64,000 nt of DNA from the human T2T-CHM13v2.0 reference genome, Homo sapiens: NCBI RefSeq assembly GCF_009914755.1, contig NC_060936.1; one strand, written 5' to 3'. The translations under genes and the position numbers were made by a program. Below, one piece after another: positions 58,083 to 64,000 of this stretch (positions are counted from its first letter, which is position 1; the number at the start of each line of letters is the position of its first letter). The notes below the pieces were generated by a model. That model worked only from the letters and a program-made list of their open reading frames with translations. It ran no database searches and was not told where the DNA came from.

Positions 58083-58399
58083 GCTACATCTTCATCACTT
58101 TTGGCCTCTCTTGTATATTTAGCATACTACTGAGCCAAGAGCAGGTACTCAGAAATTATCAAGAAAGAAAGAATTCCAACAGAGTTAAGAAATTCTAGTG
58201 GTCTCTCTCATTCTCTAAGATACACTTAGATCACAATACCTTGAGAAGAGATCTGTAGAATATGATGAAAATTATGAGGATTTTAGGTTAAGACTGTGGG
58301 AAGCATCAGCAAAAGCAGGATAGGAACATTGAATAGTTATTAGAGGAGATGGAAAATAATGAGTAAGACAGTCAAAGTAGGGTTTAGGAAATGGGCAGT

Positions 58400-58640
58400 T
58401 TAGGATCCAAGGAAGAGGAGTTTCAGAAAGAAGAGAATTGTCAGTTATGTCAATGTCCCAGAGAGGTCAAGTTAAGGAAGGGAGTCTCAAAATAGATCCT
58501 GAAATTAGCTAAAAAGGTCACTTTTGACCTCAGAGAAAGCTTTTTCAATAGAAGAGCTAACAGTAATGAGGTTAACAGTAGTGAACTAAAAATTGAGGGA
58601 GAATGGGCATGATGAAACATGAGAAAAGACATTCTTTCTG
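58400..58640 (-). mobile_element. L2 fragment
   Basis: 'gagtttcagaaag..agagaggtcaagt..ggtcacttttgacct..gaaagctttttcaatag'. Confidence 0.5.
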
Positions 58641-59411
58641 GAAGTTTTAAGTATTACAAGGAACAATTGGTGTTACTGGAGTTCACAAGAGGAAAAAAGC
58701 AGGGAAACGTCATGGAGAAGCTGTGAAGAGGGGAAGGGAAATTCATGACTCATTGGGAAAAGAGCATAAATAATAGTTTAAAATTCTACCCACATATGGG
58801 TAGAATAGGAAAGAGAAAAAGGAGAAAGACACTGGAAGATCATGGTGACAGAAGCAATACAACAGGATAATTTGTTGAGTGTAGGGAGGTTGGGAGGTAG
58901 ATTATTTAGAAATGTCAAGTTTGTGTGATTAGGAATACAAACAACAGTGCCACGAAAAGAAATGGGGCACTTTAAAGAAAAGTACATTTTGCAGGAGGCA
59001 AGTAGTGAGATTATATAAGATCTATTGAATATGAGGTGCAAATGGAGCCTCTTGTTGTGGAAGTGGAGATGGCAATGGGAACTTTAGACTAAGGCAGTTA
59101 TTTCATACCATCCATTCATTGTATCCTAGTGCTTAATTTCCTGGAATTTGAAGCACACAATGTCTTTAATTCACATTGTTGCAACATTCTTATTGCTACT
59201 CTTTATCAACTGATATCAAAGCACCTTTTCCAATCTACATCACTAATAGCCTTTATTGATAGTCATCTAATAATTTTCTACCACACAAAAGTACATTTCT
59301 GTTGTAATATCATATATGACAGAGCCTAGACCACAAGTACCTGATTAAACATATCCCCTGACTACAAGACCCTCACTAGCTGCTTTCACTGGTGAAATCC
59401 TACTTACCCTT

Positions 59412-60331
<920 letters not shown>

Positions 60332-63300
60332 TAGCAAATTGTGCTGTGATTGTTTGTGTCACCAACTGACACCTTCATTCAGGGGAGCAAGGCCTTTGTT
60401 TTTCTTATTTATCTCTGTGTCTTCATTCCTCATCTACTTGCCTGGATTTCCATCAAAGTGTGTAGAAAACAGCAAGCTCTTAATAAAAAAAACTGTTGAG
60501 TTAACTGAGTGGAGGAAACAGAATATTGGTAGGGTTCTATGAGTTGGGTAAATTGTTTGCGAAGTGGAAGTGAATTTCAGGGCCATTTGGTGATAGGATA
60601 GGAATATATGAATGGAAGTCAGATAAATCTTTATCTTTGGAGACAAGGCTGGGAAATCACACTCAATGAAATAGGCACAAGAATTTAACACCAGGCAATG
60701 ACTGGAATTTGTGTAATTTTATCTCATACTGTATTGTAATTTAGGAATTGCTTATTTATGAAATTTTGCTTCATTAGGAAGAAAGCCTAAAGTGAAAGTC
60801 AGGCTGAATGTACTAACATATCACAAAGAGGTACCATAATGATACGAAGTTGGGAAACCAATAAGTACATTTAGTTTGTTTGTTTTTAAGTATAGGTAAC
60901 TAACACAAACAAGTAGATAAAAGAACCATCCCTGTTTATTCATCACTCCCAAGGGATATTGGTGTTTTGATTTAGATGATAAGGATAGTTCTGTTTCCTT
61001 CATAGTCTGAGCTGTCCCTTGGGTGGAGAAGGTCAATAGGTTGGGTTGTATAAGTATGACGCATATTTCCTTCAAGCAACAATCAATTTCCTTTTTTCGA
61101 TTTTGTGCTTCCTACACGCCCTCTGATAAATAGTCTGGTCTCCCGGGGGAACCACTCACCAGGAAGGGAGTGCCCTGTTCAGATCTGACCAGTCCTGTTC
61201 CCAGCCCTGGTAGTGGTTGGACCACTGAAAATTAAGAAATCTGTGTCCTAGTTAATAGCTGTCTTCATGCGTGTTATTAGAATGAATCAATTTTCCAGAG
61301 CCTACTGGGCAGTCTAAGAAATAGAATGTACCTAAAAACATATTGTCCAAGACCAGCCCCTTGCTCATAACCAGCCCAGGAGGATGTAACCCTCTATGAG
61401 TCCTGTCTGTACTCAGGTATCTGTCTGTGAGTGCTACTGTGACAGTTAATTTTTTGACTAATATAGTTATACCAGCTAGCTGATGGTGTGATTTCATGTG
61501 GCAGGCAATAGATAGCCATTGTACCTTCTTAAATCATTAGGGAAGTAAGCATGGTGAAAGTGGAGCTTCAGAGGGATTTAATCTGACCTTGCTGTGTAGA
61601 AAGGATTAAAGGGCTACAAAAGACTGGGTAGTCAGTAAGGAGACTGTGAAAATATTTCCTGAAGAAGAGGCCCTGGAAGAGAGGGATGATGTTTAGACAT
61701 TATGAAGGAAGAAACTGACCACTACCATGGATGTGGGGTATGAAGAACCAGTATCAGCCTAAGATGACTCTTTGATTTTGATTGTGGACACCAGCGTGTG
61801 GCTAATATGACAGAATAATTAATCAGAAACTTAATAAAGGTTTTGGTGGCCCCTAAATTAAAGGTATAAAATAATTTCAAATATAATTGTTTTTTGAAAA
61901 AAAGAATGTCAGGTAAACTGTTTTTTCCAAAAGATTTATTAGCAACAACTCATATCAAGGATTAATATCCAAACTTTTGAACTATGATTATCAGTTTCAT
62001 TTGCTAAGCTCTCATTTGCTTTTTAAAAAATTAATTCATATTAGGTGAAAAATTATTTCAGGGAGCAACTGCAAAGTTCAATATAGTCTCTGACATACAG
62101 TGCTTAGTAGGAAACATGTTACTCATATCATTTTCTACTAAGAGAATAATAATGGCATTTTAAAAAATTCAATTGCCTATTGTGAAAGGCAACACTAAAT
62201 GATGGATATGTACCAAGTCTCTTTCTAAGTTATTCTCATTGTGTATAATTATGCAAGAAATCTTTTGTAAAACCATGAGGAATTCTAACCAACACCTAAG
62301 AAGCTCGTGCTGTAGATGAAATCTCATCAAGTTTTTAGAGCCCTTGATGATGCCAACCCAGGTAGCATCTTTAGGAGACTTGTATTTCATTTACAATCAA
62401 AATCACATTAAATTGTGTGTAAACACTCTGGCTGGACTCCACATCCAATATTCTTTTCGAAGTCATATGAACACAAAAGTAAAGCTAAAATAAGTAAATA
62501 TAATTCATAAAGAACAAGAGCCTCATTGTCTGGCTTGGCAAATTTACCTGAAGCTGTTCTCTTTCTCTTTCACATACACACTCTTTTTTTAAAAATCCTT
62601 AATTGAAAAATTGAGCCTCCGGCAGCCAAAACATACACTGCAAAGCTAAAGACGTTTGGGCATTGGCATTTCCAAGAACCTGGCACTTGTGACTGCTGTA
62701 GCTAGTTTTCACACTGTGAGGCTGCTTTTGATTTATTGCTGTCATAAAATGAGACTAGGTGTAGTGTTATGATGATTTGCGATTTGTTCCTAACTCAAAG
62801 GGCTCTGGTGGCCTCTTAAACTTATTAGAACAACTTCTATTAGGAAAATGGAACTAATATGACAGGATTCATTCCTTCAGGTCACACAGAAATGGTGGGG
62901 GGTTTGCCTCCTACGTGTGGGGTTTGAGCAAAGGGGGAGAATAGAGAGACAGAGGGAAGCAATGGGAAGCAAGAAGAAGAACGTGGCCCCCTAGATGCCC
63001 TTACTCTAAAGCATGCATTTTAGGGTTGTTGAGGTTCAGCAGCAGGTATTTAGGCCTTTCTGTGTGCAATTAAAGATATTTCTAAAAGATCATTTAAATC
63101 CTCATTTTATTTGCTCCTCCTTATATTTTTCACTCCCCTAGGAGGGTTTCAATGGGATGAGTTTCCTGCCAACACTTGACGACAATATCCGTGCTGGGTC
63201 ATGGCAGTTTGATTGGACATCAGGGAGAAAAAGGCTCAAACGGGCCACCCAAGACCTCAGCATGAGTGAGTAATTGTAAAAGGCTCCCCACCACGTGTGT

Positions 63301-63773
63301 TAATACTTAGAAATACAGAACTAAATGTCAACACTTTTCCTCTCCCGAGAGTGCTCACATCTGAGCATGGAGGCTGAGGGTAACACCATGCCAGCCCAGA
63401 GTTCAGAAAAGAAAGTCTATGTTATCTGTTTTAAATCACTTGTCAAAAATGAGTTTTTCTTGAGCTCTCTTCTTAGGGGAGGAAAAATATAGAAGAGCCT
63501 TTGGCATTAGCCACTTGCCTTGGCATTGAGTAGCAGCCATAAACACTGAGAATGGGCTCCCCATACCAGAATGGCTAACACATCCATCCATCATCACTCA
63601 AAAACAAAGCATTTATAGGCAGAAGATTGGGTGGGTATTATTATTCTGCTGTTTTAATCTGCAGCAAGCCTCAAGAATTCTCTAAACCTCAATTTTCTCA
63701 CAGATAAAAGGCAATGTAATCTTTTGTCCATCTAACAGGTTTGCCATAAGGAACAGTGATGCTGGTCCTTGTT

Positions 63774-63832
63774 TGTGTGTGTGTGTGTGTGTGTGTCTGT
63801 GTGTGTCTGTGTGTGTCTGTGTGTGTGTGTGT
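63774..63832. repeat. (TG)n microsatellite with periodic TC interruptions
   Basis: Read directly. Confidence 0.95.
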
Positions 63833-64000
63833 TTTCGTGGTGGAGAGGAACTTCTGCAGTGTCAAAGTGGCATGGCTGTAGCAAAGTTGGAAAAGAATCC
63901 TGTACCCACTGAAGAGCTAAATCAATACCATTCGTAAAATCTAGCCACTGCTAGAATCTTAACTATCACTGGAGAGACAAAAGAATTAAGTCCCTTGGCA

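Noticed and set aside
62982-63000. CTCF-like motif gtggccccctagatgcc
   Set aside because: The core matches partly, but the usual TGG after CCCCCTAG is absent; too weak to call.

Overview
This is a repeat-dense, AT-rich great-ape (most likely human) genomic window. It looks intergenic or deep intronic, and I recognise no host protein-coding gene, RNA gene or CRISPR array. The dominant feature is a near-full-length but dead L1PA2-like LINE-1 (50791-56627, +) with a 16-bp TSD. Its ORF1 start is deleted, its ORF2 is frameshifted twice with two RT catalytic Asp mutated, yet its antisense ORF0 is intact. The window also holds 5'-truncated L1s (L1PA3, two L1PA7-like, L1PB1, old L1M), eight Alu loci, two large Tigger1 copies, Tigger2a/Charlie/MER58 DNA transposons, a complete THE1C-like LTR-int-LTR element, about ten solo LTRs, MIR/L2 remnants and microsatellites. 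Most ORFs in the supplied track are repeat-derived or chance. I cannot support a novel multi-gene system here. The most unusual signals are structural: (i) three inverted same-family repeat pairs (L1PA3/L1PA2, L1PA7/L1PA7, Tigger1/Tigger1) that each share non-consensus variants; (ii) a ~150-bp locally templated insertion bounded by a perfect 11-bp inverted repeat inside a Tigger1; (iii) a collapsed head-to-head Alu palindrome; (iv) candidate minus-strand exons downstream of two leftward-pointing TE promoters. Subfamily calls and consensus comparisons come from memory of Repbase/Dfam consensus sequences, not from a search.
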